A DNA stretch of 63,361 bases, filler included, from Diploschistes diacapsis (Eukaryota): NCBI GenBank assembly GCA_023645945.1. It is 10 parts of 10 records of this genome, joined end to end, with 100 filler letters (N's around TTAATTAATTAA, not from the genome) between each part and the next. Parts side by side here need not be neighbours in the genome. Positions count along the whole stretch, not along the records: positions 1 to 23,806 come from JALAIB010000254.1; positions 23,907 to 25,772 come from JALAIB010002548.1; 8 more parts are not named here. One strand, given 5' to 3'. The position numbers were made by a program, and so were the translations under genes. The notes beneath the pieces are model-generated. The model had not been told where the DNA came from, did not search any database, and worked only from the letters and a program-made list of their open reading frames with translations. Below, one piece after another: positions 11,094-24,229 of the stretch (position 1 is the first letter of the stretch; each line of letters opens with the position of its first letter).

Positions 11094-12718
11094 TCAGTAG
11101 AATTTGCCAAAATGCTCTCGTCCCACGGCATCCCCCTTCACGAAGACACTCACTCCATTACCAGGACAGGCAAACACCCCGACCCCCTTGCGGTCGATGC
11201 GCACCTCCTGGTCAGCATTACCAAGCACGTCCGTCCACAACTCACCCTCATGCCTCCTTCCAACCCTCATCTTCTTTTGTGCAGGCCCTGCGCTGCTCAT
11301 CAGCACTGCCACCCCGTCCGGCCTGTCCCAAGTCCCTTCGCGTGTCCACCCAACGCATTGTGGCTTGTCGAAGTACTCGTTCTGCGCTCCGTAAGCGTAT
11401 AGCTTGCGTACAAGAATCAGGTCAGGCAGCTTTCCATCGCAGGTAGGGCCGTGCGGCTTGGGGCCACCAATGCCATGAAGATCCCCGTAGAAAACGCAGG
11501 GGTAGCCGTCGCGCCGCAGTAGGATCAATGCGTACGCTATAGGAAGAAACCAATCGGCTATAGGCGAGTCCACCACTTGGCCGGGCTGCGTGTCGTGATT
11601 TTGCACCAGCGTCACGGTGCTATTGGGTCGCGCTTGGACGAGGGTGTTGCGGAAAACCGTTCTCAGGTCTGCCCTCTCGTTCCTCGAGAGGCTTAAGAAG
11701 TTCTGTAGCAGGCAAGGATCGTAGAGACTGACCTTGTGCGTGATCTGATCGAGGAACTCACAGAGTGTCGGTACGGAGTATGTCCAATACTCGCAGAGGA
11801 AGAAGAGCCTGTCGCTTCTACAGCTGCGGTTTAAGCGCCCGAACCACTCATTCATGAAGCCACGCGAGATGTGCTTGACGGCGTCGACGCGGAAGCCGCT
11901 CAGAGGAAGCTCGTCCGTGATCCACTCGCCCCAGTTTATCACGTCCTCCCGTACTTCTCTATTTGAATAGTCAAGATTTGCAAACATCAAGTAGTCGTAG
12001 TTGCCCTTGTCTTTGTCGACGTCCTGCGCCCAATCTTTGTTTGGGCCTAAAATCTTGTATATGGCCTTCTCGTTTTCCGTGGCATTGTAATCCGTACCGC
12101 TGAAGTGCTGCCAATGATACTTCTGAGAGCTGTATCTGTCTCCTCTGCCTTGGAAGTCGAAGCCAAGCCACGCCTCAATCTCCTTCCTCTCTCCTGTTTC
12201 CTTAGTCCTATCATCATCCTCTACTCCCACAGCTGGGCAACTTTCTATTCGGTCTGCTCCAGCTTTGTGATTGATCACCGCATCGAAGTATAGCCCAATG
12301 CCGAGCTGCTTCGATTTCTCGCACAGATTGGTGAGGTCAGCTTTGTTGCCCCATTTTGTGGCCACGCTGCCCTTCTGATCGAACTCCCCGAGATCGTATA
12401 AGTCATAGATATCGTAGCCATTACCGTGTGGATTGGCAGCTTTGCATGCTGGGGGCAGCCAGATACTATCTATCCCAACTGCCCTGTAGTTCTCGAGGGA
12501 CGAAGTCAGCCGCTGATAGTGCTGCTGGTCATCCGGTGTATGCCATTCGAAGCTCTGCAGCAAGCACTTATTTTCTCCAGTGACTAGCTTGTATATTAGA
12601 GCGACTCCTAGAACGCTCCGGAAAGACGTAGATGTCGTTCCCTTAACCGTTCACTCTTCTGCCTACCTTGATCATGTTCCCCTGAGCGGCCAGTCAACGC
12701 CCTACGGATTGCTTTCAT
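11094..12718 (-). CDS. Intracellular alpha-amylase (GH13, likely subfamily 5)
   Basis: Motifs LQSFEW, NGYDIYDLYDLGEFDQKG, DAVINH, GFRVDAVKH, EYW and VQNHDTQ are present and there is no signal peptide. A short first exon probably starts at ATG 12718. Confidence 0.93.
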
Positions 12719-13193
12719 GGTGGTTCTGAGCAAAATGCAAGGCCTTCGTATAATGCCAATATCTTCTTGCTATGCATACCAAAATTCAAACCATGACCGG
12801 CTATCCATGCCCCAATGGGCCGATCGTATTTTCGGAATTGGAAGCATTTGTGTGCATCATCATCTGCTAAAGCCTTGTTAGTAAAGCTGCCCAAGCGAGG
12901 TTCTCGGATAAGGATTCTTCCTTGTCCGCATCGTTCGGGCTTGTGAGGAGGCTTAGACTATTCGCCAACATTGCTGGATCAGCAATTGTCCATGCTGGTC
13001 CATATCGATTTCATTCTGGGTTCAAAAACGGTGTTCAGGACTTTCTTGGATTCCATACGAGCAACAAAAATCGGAGTATTTTCTCGCAGGGCGATATTCC
13101 TTCGCGGCTAAGCAGGACATCAACATAATTTCGCAGCCCACTGGATGATGCGCTACCTTGGTGTACCATCGTGAGCATACGGTATACTTGCAA

Positions 13194-14787
13194 ATGGTGG
13201 ATTCTCCTTCTTTAAGCCCAACTAGGCGGCGGTATCCAAGAGGTTGGGCTCGCAAATGCGAAAGTTGTTGCCACAGTGTGGTCACGCATTTCCCACTACT
13301 TCTTGTATATGGCTTGACGACTTGGGCGGCATGGGTGGAAACAAGCCTGAGCCTAGATATGGGGAAGAAGTCATCTGCAGGTATGTCTGGATAGCCATTC
13401 TATCTCAGTGATATCTATCTGATATTGTGAAGCTTACGTGCTTTTCCTCCTTGGAGTTGCACTCTATTTCCTAGCAATCTGGTCATACACAAAATGCGCC
13501 TTCACTGACCCAGGTTCCCCCTTAAATTCTCCGAAGATGAACGGCTCCTTGCGACATGATTACTCTTACCTCCCACCACATGAGCCCGACAATATGCCCG
13601 AGCTACCCTCCTTCACTGTAAAATCAACAGGCGGAGCCCGGTTCTGCAAGAAATGTCAAACAAGAAAGCCTGATCGAGCGCATCATTGCTCACAATGTCG
13701 CCGTTGTGTGTTGAAGATGGATCATCATTGCCCTTGGTTCGCAACTTGCGTTGGTTTCCACAACTACAAAGCCTTTATACTGTTTTGCTTCTACACAACG
13801 CTCTTTTGCTGGCTGTGCTTTGGAACATCGTTATCGGTAGTATGGGCCGAAATCATGAGTGAGGCATTCGAGCGCGGTGGAGGAGGGCTTGGTGTGAACA
13901 TGGTCATTTTGGCTATACTCTCCGGCACTATCGGGCTCGTCCTGACTGGCTTCACTGCTTGGCACCTCAACCTCGCATCGCGGAACCAGACCACTATTGA
14001 ATGTCTCGAAAAGACTCGATATTCGAGCCCGATCAAGAAGACATTGCAAAGAGCATCGCAGATGGGCAATGACGAGAATGCCGGCTTGATGCAACGCTAT
14101 GGGCAACAATTCGCTGAGATCCACGCAAATACGATACCGGGTGTTACGCGTACGGAAGAGGGCGAAGACAGACCTTCGCCAGGAAGGGATGATCAACACA
14201 TGACTGCTGCAGAAGCTCTGCGAACGAATTATAACGAAATGGAGCGAGACCGTGAAAGACAAAGATACGAGGCCTACCTAGAAGAGACGGAATCGGAAAA
14301 GCTTCCCAACGCCTTCGACCTCGGCTGGCGGCGCAATCTAGGCATGCTGTTCGGCGATAAGAAACTACTTTGGTTTCTTCCGATCTGCAACACAATTGGC
14401 GATGGATGGCATTGGGAGCCCAATCCGAAATGGCTTGCCGCTCGGGAGACTATGCGCCTTCAGCGCGAAGGTCACCAGCGAGAACAGGAGCAGAGGGAGC
14501 GGGAAGCAGGCTGGGGAATGGACAACAACAGGCATTATCTCTCAGAGCGCGATAATACAATGCCCTCCGAGGGGTTTGGCCGCCCGCCGCGAAGCAAAGC
14601 CGACAGGATCCTTGGGAGGTACTCGGGGCAGTATGCGGACGAAGGCGTCAATCAGCGGCCGGGCAGCGAGTTGTCAATGAAGACTTTCAGGAGACACAAC
14701 GAAGATACCACAAGTATCGACGGACTGTACGATAACGAAGATGCATATGATATCAGCAGTGACGAGGCGCCTGAACCCAGATTATGA
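13194..14787 (+). CDS. PFA3: DHHC palmitoyltransferase Pfa3
   Basis: Exon 13194-13380, intron 13381-13432, exon 13433-14787. Contains CKKC...RAHHCSQCRRCVLKMDHHCPW and TTIE motifs. Confidence 0.92.
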
Positions 14788-15509
14788 GGGGCGCAAAATC
14801 GGAATCAATGGCGCGATTGGGAATGACGGAACCACACTTTACATGGGGGCTTCGCATAGCATAGCGATCGGGCGCACGTGGATGGTTGGAATAGTAGGTG
14901 ATGTTTGTTATGAACTGGGGCAATAAGCACGGTTCGTGGCTGCCCCAAGTCCAATAACGCAAATACTGTTTTCATATGGGAATGAAAATCTCTTACCGGA
15001 GATATTCCCTTCCCATTCATACTTTTTAAAAGCGACTTCAAGATTTGTAATAGGCGGTCATAGCACCCATACCACATAAGACTCAGACTCATGTAACTGC
15101 ACACAATGAGCAGAACCGGATATTTGCTCACAGCATGGATCGGAGCACCCTTCGCCCAGTGCAGTCCAGTCTTCTGCCCCCCTCTCCCTTCGTGCAGAGA
15201 TTTTGAACATGGCTGTCAATCTTCACAGAGTTTATTCAGAACTCACCAGATATCAGACTCTCTCTCTAGGCTCAGGTTTCGATCCTACGGAAGTCAGATC
15301 CAGGCAGCACGTCGCTTTCGGACACTTCCACGCCCGTGGCTCGGCTCGGTTTTCGTTGTGCATATGTTAATGTTCAGCCAGATAAAAGTTGTTTCTTATA
15401 CGCACAAATGTACTATTTCGGAAGGGAATAACTCGTTCTCAAATTGCCTTTACTATTAACATGCTCTTATACAAGGGGTATGCACCGCCCCACTCCCCAC
15501 TCCGACCCC

Positions 15510-16752
15510 TCAAACCCCTCCACTGGGATGGATCAGTACCTTTGGGTATCCTTCAACCCTCTTGTCAAACTTCTGGTACGCGGTCGGCGCCCTCATCGAT
15601 GCCAATCTCGTGGCTGACCGCAAAGCCAGGATCCGCCTTGCCCGCGACGATCAAATCCCGGAGATAGCGATTGTAGTGCTTGACTTTGCACTGGCCCGTC
15701 CCCAGCTTCAGTCCCTTCTCAAACAGCTTCCCAAAAACTAAGCTTCATCATCCCCTTCGCCGAGTCCTGGTCTGGGGCTCCCCGGATCCGACGGCACGCA
15801 CAGGCCCGGTATCCCCGATCCCGCCCGTCGGCCTCGTCCTCCTCCTCCGAGCCCATCGTCGCCTGGTACCCGACCGCATCCACGCTGCGATCCACCATGT
15901 TCCCACCGTTCAGCCGGACGATGTTCTCCACCGCGTCCTTCCCTGCCGAGATATCCACGGGCTCGCACCCGACCTTCTCCGCCGCCTCCAGCCGCTCCTT
16001 GGCCCTGTCGACCACGAACACCCTGCTCGCGCCCCGCAACACCGCCCAGCACGCCGCCATCAGCCCCACCGGGCCCCGCCCCCCGAAGACAACTACCGCT
16101 CTCGCCGGGCTTGAACCCCGCGAGCTCCAGGCCCGTGCCGCCCCCGTCGGCCAGATATCCGCCAGCGGCGAAAAACACCTTCTCGTGCTCCGTGTCCCCC
16201 GGGCAGTTTCAGGGCGGTCAGGCCTTCCACGCAGTTCCGGCAGCGGCCGCAGGCGACGTTGAAGGGGGGAGGACGATGCGGTCGCCCTTTTCGAGAAGGG
16301 TCACGCCGGGGGGCCGTCCTCGATGATTGTGGCCATGTTTTCGTGGCCTGGGCACCTTGTTAGCATGCATGGCTGCAGGGAGGGGAAAAAAAGGAATGTC
16401 GAGATGGAAGTGAGCCCACGAGGCCATTGAGATGGGGGGAGCGCTTCGGCATACGGCAAGCTGGGCTCTCCCAGCTCGAGGCAAATCGCATACCGAAAAC
16501 GAGACCCTTTTCCGCCGCCGTTCCGCCCTGGTACATGTGCAAATCTGATCCGCAGATCGCTGTGGAAGGCCACCGTCAGCACACAGCGCACAGTGCACAG
16601 CACTTCGAAACCGGAAACATGCAGAAATCTCTAGCGCCCGCGCACCGGCAGTCGTCACTCTGGTCACCACGTCATCAGGATGCCGGATCTTCGGGGACCT
16701 CGACGTCTTTGACGCTCACGCTGAAGGGCCCTTCGTAGTGCACCGCTTTCAT
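15510..16752 (-). pseudogene. Zn-dependent MDR alcohol / glutathione-independent formaldehyde dehydrogenase pseudogene
   Basis: Fragments in shifting frames: MKAVHYEGPFSVSVKDVEVP, ICGSDLHMY, HENM...GDRIVLP, GPVGLMAA...GASRVFVVD, VDAVGYQA, YNRYLRDLIVAGKA, KVLIHP. Several frameshifts and internal deletions. Confidence 0.85.
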
Positions 16753-17564
16753 GGTTTGGTGTTCTGGAGCCATTGCTGCAAGAACTTTTTTGTATGCGCG
16801 TATTTGGAAACACAAGGATAAACGAAACCGGTGGGCTTGCTGCAGGGGCAGTATGATGCTATGAATCTCTTGTGCCTATCAACGCTCGAAGTGGACGTCA
16901 TGGGGGTTCGTTTCAAGCTTCTAGATATGTGGGGAATTGCGGGGGATGGCACGGTTTTCTAAAGACACCATAGGCACATCCGTTAAGATGATCATCCTGC
17001 GGGCCAAAGGAACTTGGTAGATCAAGGAAGACAAAGTCAAGGTGAGTAGACGTTGGTGATCACGAAATGGATGGTAGCTCCAACAACAGGAACGCATCAC
17101 GAAAACGTGGCACAAGATGGTGTGATAATGGGGCAAGCTAAATCATTCCACTACGGGGTACCTGACATGAATAATGCAGCCAAAAAGCAGTCTCTCATGT
17201 CAATAACTCCTTTCGTTTCCAGCTTGCTGTCATCTGAAATAGGGTCGGATTCGGGGCATAAATGATACAACAAACGCCAGGTCGAGTATGCTGGGATTAT
17301 GCGCCTGATGTCCAGGCTTACATGATTGTGTATTTTCTGGGTGTCGTTCAGGGGTCGTGAAGTGCACTCGCGGGCTGGGCGCTGTTGGTGTTTTTGGGTT
17401 CGGCTGCGGCCAGAGTTGTGCTGAATTGCCCCATGGGCCAAAAGTGCGGGCTCGTGGTAGAATGATTGTCTCGCGATGATGGCTAGTTTGGCGTGCATGC
17501 TGGGCATACGGCCGGAGGGAGAGGTGCTGAATAATTCGGCGGGTGCTTGAGTTGATTGATGCCT

Positions 17565-19436
17565 TCACATATCCATCGAGTCTCCTCCGTTGGCGAAGTT
17601 GAAGCCGCCTTGTTGACCGCTCTGCTGAGCCTGCTGTTGATTGGCAAACCCAAAGGTGCCGCCTTGCTGTGCTTGTGCATTCTCCATCTCTGCGCCCTCC
17701 TCTTCATCAGAGTAGTATTTCTCGATAATGTTGTATGCCTTCATGTAGATCTCCTCGTTAACATTGTTCTGGCATTCATGAATCTTCTCCATTCCGCCAG
17801 CTTCTTCGATGAACAGAGCGTAGCGGTTGATGCGCTGATCAGCAGCGTTGTCAGAAGATTCTTTATCCATCTCGCCAACTTTCAGAATATTCTCAAGACC
17901 ATCGAGTGCGACCTGAATGATCTTGTTGTCCGGGCACTGGAGCAAGTCGCAAAGAGGCTTGATGCAGCCCTGTTGCACCAAGTAGCGAATCTGCTCCAGT
18001 TTCTGCAGTCCACCAGAAGTGGCATTGGAGATTGCCCAGCATGCCTCCTTTCGCGTCTTGAAGTCGCCGTTGGAGAGCAAATTGATGAGAGGAGGGAAGA
18101 GATTGGCGTCGATGACCGCCTGAATTTGGGTCGAGTTGCCCGCTGTGATGTTTGAAATCGTCCAGCATGCTTCTTTGCGGATGCCGTCTTTTGATGAACC
18201 AAGAAGGTAGAGGAGGGCTGGGAGAGCCCCGGTGTTGATGATGATTTGGGTTTGAATATCGTCTCCGGTGACAATGTTACCAACAGAGCGAAGTGCTGGT
18301 GTTTGCACGGAAGTAGATGCATGCATCAGAAGCTCTACTAGACGACGTGGGATAGTGGCTTCAATAACAGCCTGGATCTTGTCATTTGACCCATCCGACA
18401 GGTATGAGATAGCCCAGCAAGCATCGATAAGGACTTCATCGTCGAGCGAATAGATCAACTTCGAAAGCACCGGAAGAGCTGGCTCGATCTTCAAGTAGAT
18501 TAGTAGAGTTTTCCTGACTTTGGGAATGAACAACCACATACCTCCTCCCACTTGGGCTGCGGGGTCTTCCCCCGGCAGAAGTTGCTCAAAGTCCAAGTAG
18601 CGTTGCGTAGCATGCTTAACTTACGGCTATCTGTGAGGAGCGCCAGGAGCGGCTGAAGAGCGCCAGCCTTGAGAACGTAGTCACGGCAGTGTGGGCTGTC
18701 GCCGGCAATGTTTCCCAAAGCCCAAACAGCCTGCTCTCGGACGTCGGCCTCATGGCTGCTCAAGAGTTCGACAAAGATCGGAACGGCACCGGCGTTGATT
18801 ACAACCTGAGTCTGTTGAGCCGAGCCTGAAGCAATGTTCGTCAGGGCCCAAGCTGCTTCAAACTGGACTAGAGTATGAGGAGATCGAAGGAATTCGACGA
18901 AACGGCCAACGACTCCAGTCTCAATGACCTTTTCGATGGGTGGGTTCCGCTCTTTTGACAAAAGCTTGCGAAATTTGGTCGTGGCTTGGATCTGAGCATC
19001 GATTTCGTTCGAAAAGACACCTTCCACCATTTGAGGAAGTTCGGTGGTGAGCTATTACCAGCAACGTCAGTATAGAAACAGGAAAATATCAGGAAATATG
19101 GGGCTGAAGGTCCCCGCCTTCAATGGAATACCCAGGATGAAGGCTCAGGACCATAACAGCTTCTTCTAGTAGCCGAAGGGAAACCGGGCAACTTACATGG
19201 CTTTCGATAGAGCCCGCATCTTCATCATCGCTATCAGGCATCATACCACCTGGTCCAGAGACTTGTGTGCCATCTCGTCCTGTGATGCCTCGCCTTTTGG
19301 CAAGATTCTCTTCACGCTTCTGCTTTCGAATCTCCACCTGCTGTTCTTCTCGGCGGCGTCGCAGCTCATCCGGCTTGAACTGGCCCTTGGCCTTGAAGTT
19401 CGTGCGGCGATGTTCGGGAATATAGCGTTCCGCCAT
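17565..19436 (-). CDS. kapA: Importin subunit alpha (karyopherin alpha)
   Basis: IBB domain ([27 protein letters not shown]) and ARM repeats ([27 protein letters not shown]). Introns 19052-19196 and 18489-18541. Confidence 0.97.
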
Positions 19437-20614
19437 GGTTAGAAATCGGCAATTTAGTATCGAGCGCAGATATTCAGAACTCGAAAATTCGCTACAATTG
19501 AATAAGGAGCAGAGACAGCAGTTTGCAGACGTGAAGGTTTATAAAGAGAGTGGGATGGTTTCGTGGGATGTTTGGAGTAGCTTGCCAAGCCCAAACGTCT
19601 TTGAACGGTTTAGTGCGGCTAACCGCTTACCATGACTCTAGCCCCTGAATGATTTGGGCAAGTTCTTGATTCAAAGTGCGCGGTAGTAGTAACTCTGGTA
19701 GTTTCTACTCTTCATGTACGCCCTTAAGAGAATTCTGAAGCTCAGTGGTAATTGTGTGAACACTGTTAAAAATGGCACATGATGACCTGAATATGATTAC
19801 AAAAAGGGACATAGAAGTTTTGCAGAGAGAGCTGAGCATGTAGGAGCGAGTGAGTATGACCTGTATCTGTTCTGTTCATATGGGGTAGATGGCCATGCAT
19901 CGAGATCTGTTTTGATTGTTTATCTAGTCTGGGGAAATGATGAAGATGGATAGATATGATAGAATAAGGAGGAGGATATATTTATGCCCAAAATAACTGC
20001 AATGTAAATACCAAGAAACGCCTATCCATCCACTATAGATCCAACCCTTTCGTCCTTTCCTTTCGTCGCACGCCCCATTAAACTTCCAGAACGAACCGTA
20101 GCAGTCTACCCAAGTGAGTAGTCAGTACATCTCACGCCTTCCTTCCTCGTGTGGCAGTAACTTCGTCATTCCTTATGAGAGGAGATGGGACGTAAAATGG
20201 CGTTTGACTTGGATTAGCACGGCTCAGAAAAAGATACACATACAGCACAGTGGACTAGAGAGCATAACAGGAAAGGGACTGGCTGGCTACTCGCCGGAAG
20301 GGATAGTGGTTGGGAACGGTTCATCCTGATCAACCACCTTAACAGAATGCTGTCGTGTTCGGGAGAAGGGACTATTACTTCTTCATCGTCAAAAAAACAA
20401 CAGAAATCTCAGGTAACGATTGCACAACAAAATCCCGCTCATTGCGCTCCAGGCTGCATAAACTCGTCACCATGCGTCTCTCATGTCCCTTGTATCCTAA
20501 CCTAAACCTACCTGCTGTAGGCAATGCAGTGCAAACAGAAGAAGCGAACGTATGTACAATCCCACCTCTCCCCTCCCGTCTCCCAATCACTCCATCCCGT
20601 ACCATCCATCCACC

Positions 20615-23046
20615 TCACTTCGTCGAACCAGTCGCATTCCCCGCACCGCCACTCAACGTGATCGTCGGCAACTCGCTCATACGACTCCTCATGCTCCCAT
20701 ACGGCCTGAAAACCAGATCCACCGGTTCGCTCTGGCACGTCCTGTTACCCACCAGCGGGACCGGGCCTGGCACATCATGGAAGAGCGGCCAGTCGATCTT
20801 GCAGCCCTGACCCGTGACGAAGCTTGGCGGGGCCTGGTACTCCCACAGCGGGCTGGGCAGCGTCTTTTCCCAGTCCTGGCTCGAGGAGCTCATGCTTGAG
20901 TTGGAGAAGCCCGGGTGCCACTGCAGCGTGCTGGTGTCGACGGCGATATTCCAGGCCGCGGCTGCAGAGGTATTGTAGTAGACCGTGTCCGCGATGCTGG
21001 GCGCGGCGGAGGCGTCGGGCGCGGCGGTCGACGACGTCTGCCCGAGGTCCAGGGCGTAGAGGACGGCGCCGTGGTAGATGGCGACCGAGTCGTTGGCGCG
21101 GGGCTGAGTGTAGAGCTCGGGGGCGAGGCCGTAGAGGAGGCTGGAGTTGCCCGCTGGGATGGGGATGGAGAGCATGCTCGTCTGCGGGTTGAAGGAGGGG
21201 CCGGGGAAGTTGTTTGCGCCGTTGAGAGTGACGTTGGAGGTGGGGTCGAAGTTGGCAAGGGACCACTGCGGGACGCGGATGGAAAAGGTGAAAGGCTGTG
21301 AGGCGCTGATGGAGTAGGTAAGTGTCCGGCCGAACGGGTAGGTTGTGTCGCAGGTGATGGCGACGTTGTTGCCCGAGGCAAGGGTGGTGTTGACAGTGGC
21401 CGGCGCGAGAAGAGTCTGCGCGAGACCGTTTTGGCCGGACAGTGCAAAGGTGGCTTGGAGAAATTTGGGGTAGCCTTGCGGATGGTTCACGCCGCAGCAG
21501 GGATAGTTGGGGATGACGCCGAAGGTGGTACCGTCGGAGCCAACGTTCCACCAGAGCCCGGAGGCATCGTTGTTGACCTCGGCCCATGGCTGGTTGGGCA
21601 GAGCAATGTACTGGTGGTCCCAGTGGTCTGGTGTGAGCATGACCGGCATGGCGTTGAAGGCGACGCGCTCGGCAAGGTCAGCGTGAGCCGGGTTGCCGAA
21701 CAGCTGGTGGAGGTAGCTCAGAGAGTACATTGTTTCGACGGTCGTGCAGAACTCCGACCCACGATCGGGGTTAAGGCTAGTGATGCGCTCGTCCCCAAGA
21801 ATTGTAGCCGAGGGTGCTCCGTGATACTGAATGGTCCAGTTAACAGCGTCCATGACGGTCTGGATCAGCGACTGGTTTTTGTTGTAGCGGTAGTCTACCC
21901 CAGAAGCTTTCAATCCCTGTCCAACGTTGACACCGTGGAGGTACGGGAAAAGGGTGTCTGTGTAAGATTCGGGTAGTTCATCGAGGTCACCAAAAGGGAA
22001 AGAGCCTTGCGTGTAGAAGCCCGGCCAGTCGATTCCCCATTCTTGGAGAGAGGCCATGGTGTCGTAGATCAAGGACGTGTCGTTGCTAGGGTAGTAGGTC
22101 ACAAGCCATTGGAGAACCAGGCTCATGTCGCCGTAGCGGGCCCGACCCCACTGTTCATTCGGGCTCAGGCCATCATGAAGTAATGTGTTCAAGATGGGGA
22201 CGAATCGATGAATCGCCGACACGATGGGTTGCGTCATTGTAGGCTCGGCCTCGGCTAACTGCATCAGGCCCAGCATCATGGGGAAGCGACCCCAAAGGTT
22301 GTTACTGTTGTATGTAGTCTCCGGACCGAGCCAGCCGTTCGAGCTCTGGTTCTTGAGGACAATGTTGGTCACATTCAGAATTTGGGACTTCAAGCGGTCG
22401 TCGTCCAGGGCATAAGCAATGCCAACGAGACCGTTGAACCAGTAAGGCAAAGCCTCGTGGAGATCAGAATAATCGGAATCACCGCCAACCCATGGGTTCT
22501 CGTTGACGTAGGAAAGGAAGTCAGCCTCGTGTCCAGCGAGACCGTTGGCCATGATTGTCATTTGGTCCTTCAGCCACCCCTCGGGTGTGATGGAGCCAAG
22601 GGGAAGAGGCGTAAAGGTAAAAGGTTCAACTGGCCGTCTCGTCAGGTGGTGCATTCAAGCAAGAGTCTTTTATACATACGCGTTTGGTTTGAGGATGTGG
22701 GAATGTTGCTCCTTGGCTGCTTGACCTGGAAGGTGTGGCCTATTACGCGAAACGGCTCCTCCGGGATGACTTTTGGATGAGCTAGCCAGCGAGTGGCAGT
22801 GTCGACGACACCACCCTGCTTCAATAAACCGTAAAAACCAAGTACGACGAACGAAATTTCGAGAAAGGTAAGCCAGATGCCACGGCGAAAGGCCGAGACA
22901 GCGCTTTTCGTGCCTCGTCGGCGAGGGCCTTCTTCCAAGGAAGCCTCATCGTAGGCAACGCCCAGGCGTTCCGCCTCCCAGAGCGCGGGCTTTTCTTGGT
23001 CGAGTGGCATGCTGCTGATAGATCCTGGAGTGGCTCCAGAGTCCAT
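20615..23046 (-). CDS. DUF1680 / GH127-like glycoside hydrolase with N-terminal transmembrane anchor
   Basis: Exon 23046-22680, 50-nt intron 22630-22679, exon 22629-20615. Motifs PLGSITPEGWL, EALPYWFNG, HGVN, GSEFCTTVE and NYPCCGVN. TM segment IWLTFLEISFVVLGFYGLL. Confidence 0.85.
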
Positions 23047-23518
23047 GGTGATGGTCGAAGAAGGTTGGCCGTATTAGAGGAATATGATTACTATAAGTAT
23101 CTCTCCATGCAACGGAACAAGCAAACTCAGTCCCACACTGGTTGCGAACTGGTGTGCCAAGTGCTCTTCAATATCTCAGAAGAGCATTGCACATGCGCAG
23201 TGAGCGAGTGGACTTTGGAAAACAGCTGATTGCTAAGAGTCGCAGTACCTTGAGGTCGATGATTAAGAGAATGACAATCTGAAGATCAGCAACAGCTTCA
23301 ACTGTAGGCTCTATAGATTATTGTGGGGTTGAATAGCTGAGCAGAACCTGCGTGGTTCAACGAGCGTTGGGTCAGATGGAGGCCTGACTATGCCTGTGAG
23401 TTCGCACGAGGCGAAGATAGAGAAATGCAGAGAGGGGAAGAAAACGAAAGACCGAACACATCTACGAAGAGGTCGAAGTGAGTGCAAAGTCGACAGGAGG
23501 GTCTCCTGAGATATATCT

Positions 23519-23519
<1 letters not shown>

Positions 23520-23549
<30 letters not shown>
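23520..23549. repeat. (CAG)n microsatellite
   Basis: About 10 CAG units. Confidence 0.9.
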
Positions 23550-23551
<2 letters not shown>

Positions 23552-23806
23552 AGAGAGTAATGACCCACCGAGATGGTGAAGGGGGAAAAGCTCAAGGTGT
23601 TGGAGAGGGTGCAAAACTGCACAAGATGAAGTTGGGAGGCGGCGGGGGCAGCGCAGGGCAGGGGCAGGATAGGCTACAGAACGTTGGGACAAAGGCAAAA
23701 GGGCATGCAAGCGCGGAGATTAACGGGCCGGTAAAGATGAAGTATAAAGTTACTACTATACTATACTATACTGGGCTACACTAACTATACTATACTTATA
23801 CTATAC

Positions 23807-23906
23807 NNNNNNNNNNNNNNNNNNNNNNNNNNNNNNNNNNNNNNNNNNNNTTAATTAATTAANNNNNNNNNNNNNNNNNNNNNNNNNNNNNNNNNNNNNN
23901 NNNNNN
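23807..23906. other. Artificial contig spacer N44-TTAATTAATTAA-N44 (also 25773-25872, 27739-27838, 51595-51694, 53559-53658, 55522-55621, 57485-57584, 59445-59544, 61404-61503)
   Basis: The same 100-bp construct, with a six-frame stop linker, occurs nine times. Confidence 0.98.
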
Positions 23907-24229
23907 TCCGTGTTTTAAAATTTTTAACCGTAATGTTCGTGTTAATAGATTTATTATAATATAATATCCGTGTTAATATCTATGTTTTAAATTTTTTAAT
24001 TATAATGTCCGTGTCCGTGCTTTTACTGCAATATAGTATCCGTGTTAATATCCGTGCCGAGAAAATTTTTGCTACGGTGTCCGTGTTAATATCCGTGCCG
24101 AGAAAATTTTTATTATAGTATCCGTGTCAGTGCTTTTACTGCAGTGCAGTGTCCGTGTCAGTGTCCGTGCCGAGAAAATTTTCGCGGTAGTGTCCGTGTC
24201 AGTGACCGTGGCACGTAACGGCCAGCCTA
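23907..24229 (-). mobile_element. End of a TIR element with a TCCGTG subterminal repeat array (same family as 29144-29354)
   Basis: Ends in ACGGCCAGCCTA. The reverse complement aligns to the start of 29144. Many TCCGTGT and GAGAAAATTTT motifs. Confidence 0.75.

Noticed and set aside
11094..14787. Possible alpha-glucan synthesis cluster around the intracellular amylase
   Set aside because: No alpha-1,3-glucan synthase or GPI-anchored amylase is on the contig, and the neighbour is PFA3.
23851..23862. TTAATTAATTAA recurring nine times
   Set aside because: It is always centred in N runs and is a six-frame stop linker added during concatenation.
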